From contig NC_042997.1 in the NCBI RefSeq assembly GCF_006345805.1, positions 101,680,001-101,744,000 of the forward strand: a stretch of 64,000 bases of DNA. The letters run 5' to 3'. Source of the DNA: Octopus sinensis (taxonomy: Eukaryota). The position numbers were made by a program, and so were the translations under genes. The notes beneath the pieces were generated by a model. The model saw only the letters and a list, made by a program, of their open reading frames with translations. It was not told where the DNA came from and searched no databases. Position 1 is the stretch's first letter, and each line of letters opens with the position of its first letter. Positions 26,301-41,800 of this stretch are shown in pieces.

Positions 26301-29300
26301 TTATGATGAGTACTCTTTATATCCTATATCTTAACAGCTCAATAAACAGTGATTGATAAAATATGTACCTAATTGAATTAAGTACTGGACTCAATGACTG
26401 ATTAAAATCCCTTAAAGTGGTTTCCAAACATAAGTTCAAATCCTGAAAGCAATAAAAGAATTAAGAAGGCTCATAAACATTAGACAAACCTCACTAGCCA
26501 TTAGAGTATAGAATATATTTCTTCGGATATCTGTATTCATACGTTGCTTCCTTGACAATTCTAGAAAATTTTTGACTTCTTCACTTCCTGTTGGAATTGA
26601 CTCTTCATCAGCTTCTAGGGAGATATAAGAGAGAAAAAATGTTTTAATAGTGGTTTCAAATTTTGGGTCAAAGCCAACAATTTTAGGAGTAAGTCGACTG
26701 GTATTCAACTGGTACTTATTTTATTGACCCTGAAAGGATGAAACGCAAAGTAGACCTAAGCAGAACTTGAACTCAGAATGTAAGGATGAATGAAATGTCA
26801 CTAAGCATTTTGCATGACATATAACAATTCTGCCAGATCACTGCCTTAAGATGTTTTAGTATTTCAAGCTATTATCCTTCTGTTTCAGATTAACAGGCAA
26901 TTTACTTTTATTACATTAATCCTTTTGCTACCGACCTGCCTGAGACTATGGTATAGATTCCCAGATTTAAAGTGATTTAAATGATAACTCCACCTTAAAA
27001 TTTCATGCTAATTTATATTCCAAATATCAGGTTAAAAATGACAAACTTATTTTACTATATTCTTCATTAGTTCTGAAACTAACTGAAAGAAAAACAGTGC
27101 ATTTCAACAGAAATATAAGAAATATAACAACTTCAAACATTGGTTTCTTTCTGACAAAAGTCCAAAGATTATGTATTTTAGGGAAATTAAGCATGATTCA
27201 GATGTATTAATATATGATTTTTTCCAAAGGCATTAATGGCCTTAAATGAAACAAAATGATTTCAATTTGGAAGTGAATTGCATTGTGGACTCAGCTGAGA
27301 GCTTAACATCAATCTTACCACAAAAGTTTGTAAATATTGAAACTATAGTTTGTACATTTAAAAAAAACTATGTTCTACAGTAAAAAATTCATCATTATCA
27401 TGGATTAAATGAAATTATGTGAGGCAGATTTTCTAGTCAGCTATCCTCCCTGTCACCAAACATTACTTTTCCAAGCAAAGTATTATTTTCCCATAGCTAG
27501 ACATGTTTTTCACAGAAGACTAGAAAAGAACAACCTAACTTATGATGATCAATGATGAGCAATGATGCTCATTTACAACCATCATGTGATTTCCTAACAG
27601 GGGTACATACACACACACATTCAAACGATTCTTTCAGTTTCCATCAACCACATCTACTCACAAGGCTTTTGTTGGTCCCAAACTATAGTAGAAGACACTT
27701 GCCCAAAGTACTATGCAGTGGGATTTTTTGTTTGTTCCTTCTCGAGCCATGCCTGGTTCATAAAGGCCAGTTTCCTGGTTTCAATGTTGTATAGGTTCCC
27801 CACCTGGACGGGACGCCGGTTCGTCGCAGGTGAGCTGCATGATGCAGGAGGAAAGAGTTAGAGAAAGTTGTGGCAAAAGAGTCAGCAGAAGTTTGCCATT
27901 ACCTTCTGCTGGAACCACGTGGAGCTTAGGTGTTTCGCTCATAAACACACACATCGCCTGACTTGAGATTCGAACCCGCGATCCCTCGATCGCGAGTCCA
28001 CTGCTCTAACCACTAGGCCATGTGCTTCCACATGCAGTGGGATCAAACCTAATTCAACATGATTAGGAAGCAAACTTCATTACCTCACTGCTATGCCGGT
28101 CCAAAATTTAACCAAATATGTTTGAAAGCTGAGTCAAGAGAGACAAACAAGTGTATGAAGCTTAATTAGTTTTCTAATAACTGTTGTAACCAAACGATGT
28201 AAAACAAACAGAATAGTGAGAGAGGACCAAAACTAATGAAAAATTGACATCTAAATTTCTTATACTAGTATGTAGTTGTTTGGCGCAAAATAGGTTAAGT
28301 GTTAAACAACTGGCTGAAAGTTCAAATTTGTATTGTGTTACTAATAGTACTGGTGCACTACTGTGGCAACTGCAAATGCACTTGACCTTAGACAGCCAAT
28401 GCCTTCCACCTGTTGAATAAAAATATGATTCATTACTGCTATATACTCAGGGCTAAGATCTTTGAAAAATGAAAAAAAAAACAAGTAGAATAAGTTATTA
28501 CATATAGATGTGGAGAGGGATAGGCATATTAGTAAATAAACAATGAGAAGAAAATGATAGTTAAAGTTTTATTAGTAGGCTAAAGCTCATAACTAGTTAA
28601 GCAGTTATAAGGTCAAGCAGACACTTATTCACATCAGGTTGAAGCAAACCTCAAAAATCACTAAAACATTATTGCATAGCTTTAACTGCACAATAAAAAC
28701 ATATGTATGTGTGTGAGCACAAAAACAAAGCATGAAAGGGACAATGTATTATGTATCTATATATATACGCGGTCTGATCAATAAGTATAAAGACTGTTGC
28801 GATAGTAACAAAGTTAAAGCACGCAGAGTGAAGCCACTTAGCACAAATTGACCTTGAACTCTGCTGTACATGTGCACTAAGTTTTAATGTTCTAGCTAAC
28901 TTCTGCTGTTTGCAGCAGTGCTTGGAAAGAATGTGTGTAGCTGTTATTGACCATGAATCTGCATCAAATTTTGCCAAAAGCTTGGCGATATCTGTTCAGA
29001 GGCCTATGCAGAAAGTGTATGGAGAGGAGTGTATGAGCTGAAAAAATGCCAATAGTGATAAACATTCTGGGAGACCTGCAACCAACAGAACTGAGAAAAA
29101 CATCGCAGATATGCATGCAGCTGTGAGGGGAAATTGTTGAATCAGCATCTGTGAGTTATTACAGAATGTGCAGATTAATTACAGTTCAGTCCATTATCAC
29201 TGAAGGTTTGGGTATGAGACTTGTGTCTGCCAAATTTGTGCCAAAACTGCTTTCAATTGATAATGCACCTACCCATTCAGTGCAGCTTGTGCAGCAGTTT

Positions 29301-32300
29301 CTGGTTAGGCACAGCATTCCCCAGGTCCAACAGACACTGTATTTTGCAGATCTTGCCCTTCTGACTTTTTCCTCTTTCCAAAAATCAAACCCTGCTTGAA
29401 AGGGAGATTTCATGACTTGAAGGAAATCAAAGTGAATGCGATGAGGCAGCTGCTGATCATCCCAGAAAACAAATTCCTGGAATGCTTCCATCAATAGAAA
29501 CAACACTGGATTAAGTGTGTGGCTTCTGAAGAGGACTACTTTGAAGGAGATTAAATGCCAAACTGATACGTATTGTAGTTTTGCTTTTATAAGACCAGTC
29601 CAGATACTTATTGATTAAGTCTTGTATCTATATACACACATACATACATACATACATAGATAATGTCATAAAAATGGACAAATTGATTATCTGGTATTGC
29701 TACAATAGTTTCATTATGAGTCTTTATTGTGACATAAACATGGTATAGTCAGGTATGCAGTATGCACAACATCCATACGATTATGTCATATGTTACCTAA
29801 GTCTCAACTCATCAGGCTTATCAAATAAACAACTGACCAATAACATGTTGTTTAAGTAACAGAACATCATCATTATCATCACCATCATTTAATATCTATC
29901 TGGCATGGGTACCAAGGGAAATTTGTAATCAGAACAACTAAGATTTAAGAAATGTAAAATGGCTATGACTACAATCTCTCAATCATAAGGTTGTCAATTA
30001 AAAAATGGTTACAAACAATTCTATTCTAAAGAGGACAATAAATTTAGTAATTTCATTCACAAAGACTGGTAAATAGCAGGTGCCAAACCATTTACTGCAT
30101 TATATTATTTATTACATTAAGGAGTGACATTGTTAATAAATTCCTGTATTACTTATTCATTTATGTAATTCATCTTGAATAAAGTGCTTCAATTAATTAT
30201 TGCAGAACTAATAGAATATTGACTTCAAATTTTGACACAAGGCCAGCAATTTGAGGGAGGGGGGTACGTCAACTGCATTGACCCCAGTACTCAACTGGTA
30301 CTTATTTTATCAATCCCAAAAGGATGAAAAGCAAAGTCAACCTTGGCGCAATTTGAACTCAGAACCTGAAGACGGACGAAATGCCTCTAAGCATTTCGCC
30401 CAACATGCTAACAATTCTGCCAGCTCGCTGCCTTAGAACTAATAGAATATTAGCTTTAATTAGTGGAGATCCAGCTAATTCAGGGAGAATAGCTTAGTAA
30501 AACCATAGGTTAGCAAAGGTCTCTGCTAAATTTCAGAGAAGGGGGAATGAAAAGGAAGTGCCAGTAAACATAACATGTAAATGCTTAACTAGAAACAAAA
30601 TATGATAGAGCAAATAGAGAAAGTGGTCAACACATTGACAGGAAAACAATACTGGCATTAAGAAATAAATATGCATCCTAAACTGAGGAAAATAGCATAA
30701 GCATTAATAGGCACAAGTGTGGCTGTGTGATAAGAAGCTTGCTTCCTAGCCACATGGCTCTAGGTTCAGTCCCACTGCATGCCACCTTGGACAAGTGTCT
30801 TCTACTATAGCCTCAGTGCCACCAAAGCCCTGTGAGTGGATTTGGTAGACAGAAACTGAAAGAAGCCTGATATGTGTGTGTGTGTGTGTGTGTGTCTTTG
30901 TCCCCCACCACTGTTTGACAACTAGTATTGGTGTGTTAATATCCCCATAAGTTAGCATTAAAAAATATTAAGTACTGAGATCAGTTCATTCAACTGAAAA
31001 TTCAAGGTGGTGCTCCAGTATGGCTGCAGACTGAAGCAAGTAAAAGATAAAAGATAATAATCACTGTCAACATAAATTTATAAATTTATATTAGTATAGA
31101 GATCAGTTATTTAGCTATAAAGAAGTCACAAGCTACACATGGTTATTTAACTAGAAACTGTTGCCACTGCTTATAGTTGCATATGGAGTAAAAGACAAGA
31201 CAAGATGAAATGCCAGAAATAATAGAGAAAGCAAAACAGAACAGATATTCGTGATAAAATAAAATTTCTAAAAAAACCATGACTTTATGTTTTTTATCGA
31301 CCAATATTGTCACAATATTATTATAAGTAAAGCAGATCTATCAAAAAATCATATAGGTCCAGTAGATAGTTGAATTACTACTATAATAATTTTAAATTAT
31401 TGTAATAAGAAAATGTTAAAAGAGATAAGAATTATAAAGAATTATGAAAGCTATAAATGTTAAATAATGTTAAAAGAATTTACAAGAGTATAACAAATAG
31501 TAAAGAAGAATTAATGTCCATAACTAAGGAGGATGAAGTAAGCATTATAAAGATATCACCTAGGCTAGAAGCAAACTGAATAAAGTCGTTAAATTAAATT
31601 ATATAAATTATAGATTATATGAAATGACAGTCACAGCTATTTGTCATTAGAACTAAGGATAAGTTTAAATATGATCAGTTATATGTATAACAGCATTAAG
31701 ACATGCTAGACCAGTTCTACTCAAAATGGTGATCCGCGAGTCATCAGCAGCCAGTACATGGCGAGTTTCCAAAAAAGAAAGAAACATAAAATGCTTATGT
31801 AATATTGTATTATTTGTTTACAAAATAAATAAAGACAAAAAAAATTGTCAACTTTTATTATATTCGTTATATATATTGTTTCCAGTATAAATTAATATTA
31901 CTAAGAAATATTACCGGTCTCTGGCACATTAGAAAAAAAAAACTGCCAGTGAGAAGCACTGTGCTAGGCTACCTAAATATAATCCATGAATCTTATCACT
32001 AGTAATTAGGCTCTATATCATAGGATTATAGACACATATCTAGCACTTGGGGAAAACTTTATAGAATCAGTTTAAAGTATAAAAAAGTTCAATGGATAGA
32101 ATGTGGACATTTGATCCTTAATTTATCTGATCTATTAATTATTTGGCCTGCACATTTAAAAATTTCTAGCAATTCAAAACAGCAGAGATTGCAACTACAT
32201 CTATCACTGACATTAGATGAAAATCAATGTTTTTGTCTAAGTCCAAACTTTCATGGAGAGTGATGCTTTTGCTTTATCTCTCCTTTGTAATGTATGAAGT

Positions 32301-35095
32301 TGATGGATATTTTTGATTTAAAAACAGAAGAAACAGAACCTACACAAGTGAAAGTATGTAGATTAGTTTTAACATTACATTTATATACAATGTCAAGCAT
32401 TTATTTCCAAGTGGACATTCGAATTTCTTCTTACAATTACACAATCTAGTTAACATCATGAAGGGAATATTACAGGTTACATAACTGTACACAGCCATAA
32501 CCAGTAGAATTGTTACATGCACTATCCACTCCATCAACACTTAGATTACAATAACTTGTGCTGGAGATATAAACATCACTTAGTAGCCCAAATATTCCAA
32601 AGTGATTCTATTTGTTATCATTATTTACTATTTCAACAACTGTACTCATTGCCATGACTATTATTAGAACTATTCCCATATATTGTTGCTGCTGTTATTA
32701 TATGAATTGGTGTGTTTATGTCCCTGTAACTTAGCAGTTTGGCAACAGAGACCGATAGAATATGTAGTAGGCTTACAAAGAATAAGTCCTGGGGTCAATT
32801 TGTTCAACTAAAGGAGGTGCTCCAGCATGGCTTCAGTCTAATGACAAACAAGTAAAAAGAATATCTATGATGGTTATTACTTGTACTATCATTATAGTTA
32901 ATATCAGCATTATCTGTATTATTATTGTAATTATTATCATTATTATTGGTTTCAAATTTTGATACAAAGTCAACAATTTTTGAGGAGAAGTTAAATGAAT
33001 TACATCAACCCCAATTCTCAACTGGTACTTATTTTATCAACTCCAAAAGGATGAAAACTTAAGTCAACAATGGCAGAATTTGAACTCAGAACATAAAGAC
33101 GGACGAAATGCTGCTAAGCATTTTGCCCAGCATGCAAACAATTCAGCCAATACTATTGTCATTAGTATTAGCATTATTAATGCAACAAGCTAGCAGAATC
33201 ATTAGCACTCTATATGGAATACTTAACAGCATTTCATCGATCTTTACATTCTGAGTTCATATTCTGCTGAGGTTAAATTTGCCTTTCATCTTTACAAGGT
33301 TGACAAAATAACTACCAGTCAAGCATTCGGGTCAATGTTATTATCATTATTATTGCTATTATCATTACCATTATCATGATAATTAATTACTATCATTACA
33401 ATTGGTATTATCCTTATGATGATAGTGGTGGAATTAATTGTATGATGATGATGATGATGTGTGTTTGATGTGTGAAATATACTGCAAAATGACTGAAAAT
33501 ATGCCAAACTTTTTATATATATCTATACATTTTTTAGTGTAGTTAAAACAAGTTTAACTTTTCAGAGAAGAGAGAAGTAGATTTATTCTATGTATTAATA
33601 TGCATGAAGATTTGTTTTTAACTGAAAATATATTGATATATATAATTATATATAATTAATAAGATAAATTTGACATATATCTAACACAAATGAAAAGGAG
33701 ACCACAAGAAAAAAAAGGGATCACATGTTACTTTGAGTATTTTATACAGAAAAAGATTTTAGTGTATATATTTTTGTGTGTTGAGGCTAAAAGAGATTTT
33801 GTAGTAGAAAGCGGTTCGGCAAAAGAGACCGATAGAATAAGTACTGGGCTTACAAAAGAATAAGTCCCGGGGTCGATTTGCTCGACTAAAGGCGGTGCTC
33901 CAGCATGGCCGCAGTCAAATGACTGAAACAAGTAAAAGAGTAAAAAGAGAGTCATATTTAACTGACCAGGATCTGCATTATGCTCATCTTCAGCTTTTCA
34001 AAATTTTGGTTAATTTTTCCATATTTAGAACCATGTGAGGATTAATGAATAAATAGGCAATTAAGCATTGGTAAGAGAAAAGAGGAGATAGGGACTTATA
34101 GAGTAAATTTCTATGGGACAATCTGTTGAAGATCACAAACCAGACTTGGGCAGACTGGAAAAAGTAGGGAGCAAGGGAAGGAGGGTAGCTACATAATAAG
34201 AATAGGTTGCAAGGGCAGAGGTGAAAAGAAAGAAGTTTGTATATGTTCTCTGGCTTGAGGCTTAGAAACAGAAGTTTCCAGAATTGCAAGAAAATGTAGC
34301 AGCATTATTGTAAACTGTTAAAAAGGCAAAGGAAATGTTCTAGAGAAGGAAAATTACTGAGACATAAACTGTTGGACTAAGTCATCCAAGTTACAAAAGG
34401 AGTCATAGCAAAAACTAATTAGAAATAAAATTAGACTAGATAATGTTTAGTTTTGTACTATGAAGAGATATCACTGACGCCATCTTCCCAATGAGAAAAC
34501 TGCAGGAGTAAGCCTCTATACAGTGTCCTTTGCTCTGTTATCTTGTGGATACTAAGGAAGCTAGGAGTAGATGAATAGTTGATGATGGTTGTACAAGCTA
34601 GTTACAAAGATGCAGTCAGCAGGTGAAAGCAAACAAGGAGTACAGTAATAAATTTAGTATGCAGTTAGGGGTCTATCAGCACACAGTCCTCATCCCTCTC
34701 CTATTTTATAGTCCTTCAAACTATAACACAAGAATTGAAGACTGGCTGTCCATGGGAAATCCTATATGCTGATAATTTTATTCTTAAAGCTGAATCTATG
34801 AAAGATTTCACAATATGATTCTCCAACCCATCAGATCCTTGTCAAATCATTCAAACTATTCCAGCTTGTAAAGTAAGAGTAAAATGAAGGTGATGATGAT
34901 ACAGAGACACAAACAAACATATGGTTTACAATAGGACAAATGTCAAATATATACTCACTTTTTGAATCTTCTGTTTCTCCAGACCATGCAGATCCAACGA
35001 TCCACCACCGACCTTTTGTATCTGCATTTTGTAAATCACTCAGAGTCACTCGCAGTTGGTTATCACCAATAGATTTGTCTAATGAAAAACAAACA

Positions 35096-35126
<31 letters not shown>

Positions 35127-38100
35127 CAATAAATTTCATATATTCCAAAAATATGTTGCTTTAATAATTTGATTTTTAATTCTTCCTCAGTAAGAGAAAG
35201 TATAATTTATAATCTATTAAACTGAAAATAACAAAGTTTAGAAGTTTTCAATGTCTTAAGTTGATAAAGCTGATCCAGTTAGTGAGATTGAAAGGATATT
35301 TATGTAAGTGGTAGGACTAAGAACATTATAGCTGTACAATCTTCCCATTATTAACCACTCAGTTATGAAATGTAAACAGAATCTTTTCTTAACTATTCAA
35401 CCAATTTTACATAGCTATTGCTGTTTTATTCATTTGTTTCCTTTTCTGTTTGTTGTGGTAAGATGATCTTTCTACATGAACTTTAGACTATTTGTCAAGA
35501 GTCTCAATACTCAGGAAATGAAATAATATGTGAAGCAGGAAATTAAAAGTTTAGTTAAGTTTAGATATTGATGGCTACAATAAAGTCAGTTAGAAGTTAC
35601 GCAAGTATAAATGAAAAAGGATAAAATTATTAAAATTGTAGGACAAAGAAAATTCAAGAAAATGTACATTTATATAATCAAAATCAAGGAAGACACAATG
35701 GAATACTGTACATCTCCTACATCAGGGATAACACTACTGTTAAACATATAAATGTCCCAGACATTTAAGAGAAAGCTATTCAATTGATTTCCAAAGATTC
35801 AATGATGAGAACACAACAACCTCTAGCTCACTGATGCTCTGCCACCTTCTCAGAACAAACTAGAAATAATTGCATATCACCCCAGCACATCTATTCTTCC
35901 TCTTGTCACCTGTACTCCACCAATTTTGCACTAACCACAATTACCAATTCTTCCTCTGTAAAATTTCCTTCCCTCTTCCAATTCTTCCTCTGAAATTTCC
36001 TTCCCTCTTAACTTTTTCTACAAATGTCAACATTCAGACACTTAAGATACCTATCTCACCAGTTATGGACGAAAGGCAAAGTCAACCTCAGCGGTATTTT
36101 AACTCAGAACATAAAGAGTTAGAAGAAATGCCACAAAGCATTTTGCCTAATACACTAATGATTGTGCCAGCTTGCTACAATTACCCGTGCTAGCGTGGAA
36201 AACGGACGTTAAACGATGATGATGAATTCAAATAATAAAAGTAGTTAATTACTTCGAATTAAATGCTTGGCTAATTTTGTAAAACGCTGTAACAGTTCAA
36301 ATCTTTCTTGGTGATCTCCTTTATAAACATTGTTGTTTTTAACAGCCAGAAGAGTATCAAGAATAAACCGCATCCGTCCTGGTTCCTCAAAATTGTCGAT
36401 ATTGACAGTGCTAGATTTTTGCTGAATACATGAAATTACCTCCCTTAGCTGTGTAGGGTCGTCCTTACGCAATCCAAAGCCACAATCTATAAAGAGAAGA
36501 GAAAATCATAAAATAAGCAAAAATATTCAACAAACGAAATCATGATTATTTCTTGGTTTAAGAATTGATACAAACAATAACAATATATCTTAACAATAGC
36601 CACAGTCATGGATATGGAGTTAAGAGATTTGCATTGGAATTACATGGTTCCAGGTTTGAGCCCACTGCATGATGCAGGAGGAAAGAGTTAGAGAAAGTTG
36701 TGGCAAAAGAGTCAGCAGAAGTTCGCCATTACCTTCTGCTGGAGCTGCGTGGAGCTTAGGTGTTTCGCTCATAAACACACACATCACTTGGCTTGAGATT
36801 CGAACCCGTGATCCCTCAATCGCGAGTCCACTGCTCTAACCACTAGGCCATGTGCCTCCACATGCAGTGGGGTTAAACCTAATTCAACATGATTAGGAAG
36901 CAAACTTCATTACCTCACTGCTATGCCGGTCCAAAATTTAACCAAATATGTTTGATAGCTGAGTCAAGAGAGACAAACAAGTGTATGAAGCTTAATTAGT
37001 TTTCTAATAACTGTTGTAACCAAACGATGTAAAACAAACAGAATAGTGAGAGAGGACCAAAACTAATGAAAAATTGACATCTAAATTTCTTATACTAGTA
37101 TGTAGTTGTTTGGCGCAAAATAGGTTAAGTGTTAAACAACTGGCTGAAAGTTCAAAAATTTGTATTGTGTTACTAATAGTACTGGTGCACTACTGTGGCA
37201 ACTGCAAATGCACTTGACCTTAGACAGCCAATGCCTTCCACCTGTTGAATAAAAATATGATTCATTACTGCTATATACTCAGGGCTAAGATCTTTGAAAA
37301 ACAAAAAAAAAAAAAAAGTAGAATAAGTTATTACATATAGATGTGGAGAGGGATAGGCATATTAGTAAATAAACAATGAGAAGAAAATGATAGTTAAGGT
37401 TTTATTAGTAGGCTAAAGCTCATAACTAGTTAAGCAGTTATAAGGTCAAGCAGACACTTATTCACATCAGGTTGAAGCAAACCTCAAAAATCACTAGAAC
37501 ATTATTGCATAGCTTTAACTGCACAATAAAAACATATGTATGTGTGTGTGTGTATTAAGAAGGCAATGAGCACAAAAACAAAGCATGAAAGGGACAATCT
37601 ATTATGTATCTATATATATATGCGGTCTGATCAATAAGTATCCAGACTGTTGCGATAGTAACAAAGTTAAAGCACGCAGAGTGAAGCCACTTAGCACAAA
37701 TTGACCTTGAACTCTGCTGTACATGTGCACTAAGTTTTAATGTTCTAGCTAACTTCTGCTGTTTGCAGCAGTGCTTGGAAAGAATGTGTGTAGCTGTTAT
37801 TGTCACCGTAGCCAATACCGCATCGACTGGCCTCCATGCTGTGGGCACGTAACAAACAACATCCGAGCGTGGCCGTTCGCCAGTGGCACATAAAAACACC
37901 ATCCGAGTGTGGCCGTCTGCCAGCCTCGTCTGGCACCTGTGTCGGTGGCACATAAAATCACCCACTACACTCTCGGAGTGGTTGGCGTTAGGAAGGGCAT
38001 CCAGCTGTAGAAACACTGCCAGATCTGACTGGCCTGGTGCAGCCTTCGAGCTTGCCAGACCCCAGTTGAACCGTCCAACCCATGCTAGCATGGAAAGCGG

Positions 38101-38818
38101 ACGTTAAACGATGATGATGATGATGATGACCATGAATCTGCATCAAATTTTGCCAAAAGCTTGGCGATATCTGTTCAGAGGCCTATGCAGAAAGTGTATG
38201 GAGAGGAGTGTATGAGCTGAAAAAATGCCAATAGTGATAAACATTCTGGGAGACCTGCAACCAACAGAACTGAGAAAAACATCGCAGATATGCATGCAGC
38301 TGTGAGGGGAAATTGTTGAATCAGCATCTGTGAGTTATCACAGAATGTGCAGATTAATTACAGTTCAGTCCATTTACACTGAAGGTTTGGGTATGAGACT
38401 TGTGTCTGCCAAATTTGTGCCAAAACTGCTTTCAATTGACAATGCACCTACCCATTCAGTGCAGCTTGTGCAGCAGTTTCTGGTTAGGCACAGCATTCCC
38501 CAGGTCCAACAGACACTGTATTTTGCAGATCTTGCCCTTCTGACTTTTTCCTCTTTCCAAAAATCAAACCCTGCTTGAAAGGGAGATTTCATGACTTGAA
38601 GGAAATCAAAGTGAATGCGATGAGGCAGCTGCTGATCATCCCAGAAAACAAATTCCTGGAATGCTTCCATCAATGGAAACAACACTGGATTAAGTGTGTG
38701 GCTTCTGAAGAGGACTACTTTGAAGGAGATTAAATGCCAAACTGATACGTATTGTAGTTTTGCTTTTATAAGACCAGTCCAGATACTTATTGATTAAATC
38801 TTGTATCTATATACCTAT

Positions 38819-38849
<31 letters not shown>

Positions 38850-41800
38850 TATATATATATAATGTCATAAAAATAGACAAATTGATTATCTGGTATTGCT
38901 ACAATAGTTTCATTATGAGTCTTTATTGTGACATAAACATGGTATAGTCAGGTATGCAGTATGCACAACATCCATACGATTATGTCATATGTTACCTAAG
39001 TCTCAACTCATCAGGCTTATCAAATAAACAACTCACCAATGACATGTTGTTTAAGTAACAGAACATCATCATCACCATCATTTAATATCTGTCCACCACC
39101 ACTGGCAAGAATCTTTTGCTGACTAATCTTTTCTGAGTAAAATTTAGTAGACAAAACCTGCATGGAAGCTTATCAACATTATCACTATTCAACATCCATT
39201 TTCCATGGTAGCATGGGTGGGGGATTCAATAGGAGCTGGCAGGCCAACAGACTGTGTCAAGCTCCAATGTCTGCTTTGGCATGGTTTCTATAGGTGGATG
39301 CCCTTCCTACACAAACATTTTACAGAGGGTAATTTTTAAATGCCACCAGTACCATCATATATATATATATATATATACAGTACATTTGATATTTTGTTCG
39401 TTTTTATGTTCATTTTCTGATACTAGCACAAGTTAGATGAATTTTAACAGCTCTTCCGGTCACTAGTCCTCATCTGTTTTCCAAATAAGGGACCTCTTAT
39501 CCCATTATCTTTGAAACTGCAGACGATTTCCTCACAGAAAATGACGACAAACTTTATTACTTATAGTTCAGTACAATTTTCATGTAAAGTGTGCAGGATG
39601 TAAATATTCACACAGACACACACATGTATTGAGTGTGCATGCATGTGTGTGTGTTTCTGGGTGCTGTCACACTGACACTGCTTCACCAACTGTGGGGTTT
39701 TAAGTCATTTAACACAGAAGTTCGACATACAAAGACCATGGAAACAAAGTATCTTTCTAGAAAAACAACTAAGGGTTGCTACCAGGAAGGGAGTATCTGG
39801 CCACCGAACACTGATTCAAGAAGTCTCATCCAAATCAGAGTGGTAAAAGCCAATGTGAAAACAATGTAAATATTTTAACATTTTCCCTGCATATACAAGC
39901 TGCAAGGCCTAGTGGTTAGAGTGCTGTACTTATGATTGTAAGATTATGGTTTTGATTGCCATACTAGGTAACGCATTATATTTTTGTGCAAAACACTTCA
40001 TTTCATGTTGTTATAGGATCATGTTGATATCTGATTTGTAACACATTGTACAAATGTTCAGGCAACATCAATTTTGAGTGAATTTGGTAAATAGAAAACA
40101 AAAGAAGTTCATCATATATATGAGGCTATTTACACTTGCTCTAAGAAAATAGCAATGTATATATAGGGGGTTGTTGTTAGTTCTCTTGCAACAAATCATC
40201 CATTTGCTTCACATCTTTGAAGCCACATGGAATAGGAGAGCCTTTATTTGAAGAAAGGTTAAAGGTTAGTAATAGGAAGGGCATCAGGCTGTAAAACAAT
40301 GGGTCAATAACATATTCATATAATGCATGCAAACAAGAGAAAACAGATCTAAAATGAATGAGGGGTGTATTTTAAAACCAATGTGACAGTATCTATGTAA
40401 ATGCTCAACCAACTCAATGAAAAAAAACAAGTCTCTTTCAACAAACTTTGCATAGTCTATATAACCACATTTTTTTTTCTTTTGCAATTATAATTAAACA
40501 AATGGACAGCAGCAGCTAGTTTACAAGCAAAACTCAAAAGAATATGTGCAAGGTGCTGAGTCAGTGTAGACTTAAAATAAAGCTGACTCATGTTACTCAA
40601 CAATATGGAATACAATAATAATAATAATGCAATAATATTGATTTCTTTAACTAGATACAAGGCTAAATTTTTCAAAGAGATGGATGAATCATTCTTTGTA
40701 CTTAACTCCTTATTTTATAAAGTGTGAGGGGATGAAGGATAAAGTTGGCCCCAAACAGAGAATTTTAAATGAAGGAAGTAAATATTATGAAGTTTCACAA
40801 ATTATTATTTTTGTCAACTCACCACCTTACAACACACTAACAATCCTTTCTGCTATAGGCACAAGACCTGAATTTTGTTGGGAGGGACCTACTCAATTTC
40901 ATTGACCCCTGTACTTGACTGGTACTTATTCTACCAACCCCAAAGGGATGAAAAGCAAAGTCAACCTCATTGGAATTTGAACAAAGCTAATATAATAGTG
41001 GAATGTAGTAATGTAATGAGTCAGAAGACTTCATCCAGGTTTCATGTAGTTAATATAAGTCACAGTTCCTGTAGCTTAATTAAACTAATTATCATCATCA
41101 TCATCATTGATTTAATGTCTACTTTTCCATGGTTGCATTGGTCCGACAGAATTTACTGAGGCAGATTTTTCTATAGCCAGATGTGTCCTATTGCCAACCC
41201 TTATTTGTGTCAAGGGAAAGCTAATATTTCCCTATGGTCAAACACATTTTCACAGAAGATTGGAAATGGATAACATTCACTTACAACATTATAAAATGTC
41301 AGGACAAGGAGATACAAACATACACACCCTCATACACATGCATGCGCACGCACACACATCATCGTTTAAAGTCCACTTTCCATGCTAGCATGGGTTGGAC
41401 GATTTGACTGAGGGCTGGCGAACCAGATGGCTGTACCAGGCTCCAATCTTGATGCCCTTCCTAACGCTAACCACTCCCAGAATGTAGTGGGTGCTTTTGC
41501 GTGCCACCGGCATGGGGGGGCCAGTGAGGCGGTACTGGCAACGACCTCGCTTGAATCTTTTTACACATGCCACCGGCACAGGTGCCAGTAAGGCGATGCT
41601 GGTAACAATCACGCTCGAATGGTGCCTTTTACATGCCACCGGCACGGAAGCTAGTTTACTGCTCTGGCAACGATCATGCTCAGATGATGCTTTTAGCACC
41701 CTACCAGCATGGGGCACAAGTACCAGTAAATACATATGTATATCATTATCATCATCATCCTTTAATGTCTGTTTTCCATGCTGGCATGGGTTGGATGGTT

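Larger units (their letters stand above)
36665..39090 (+). repeat. intronic segmental duplication, copy 2 (carries an extra SINE at ~37803-38128)
   Basis: Direct copy of 27835-29897; the duplicated ORFs 29151/38330 and 29186/38374 in the ORF track agree. Confidence 0.93.
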
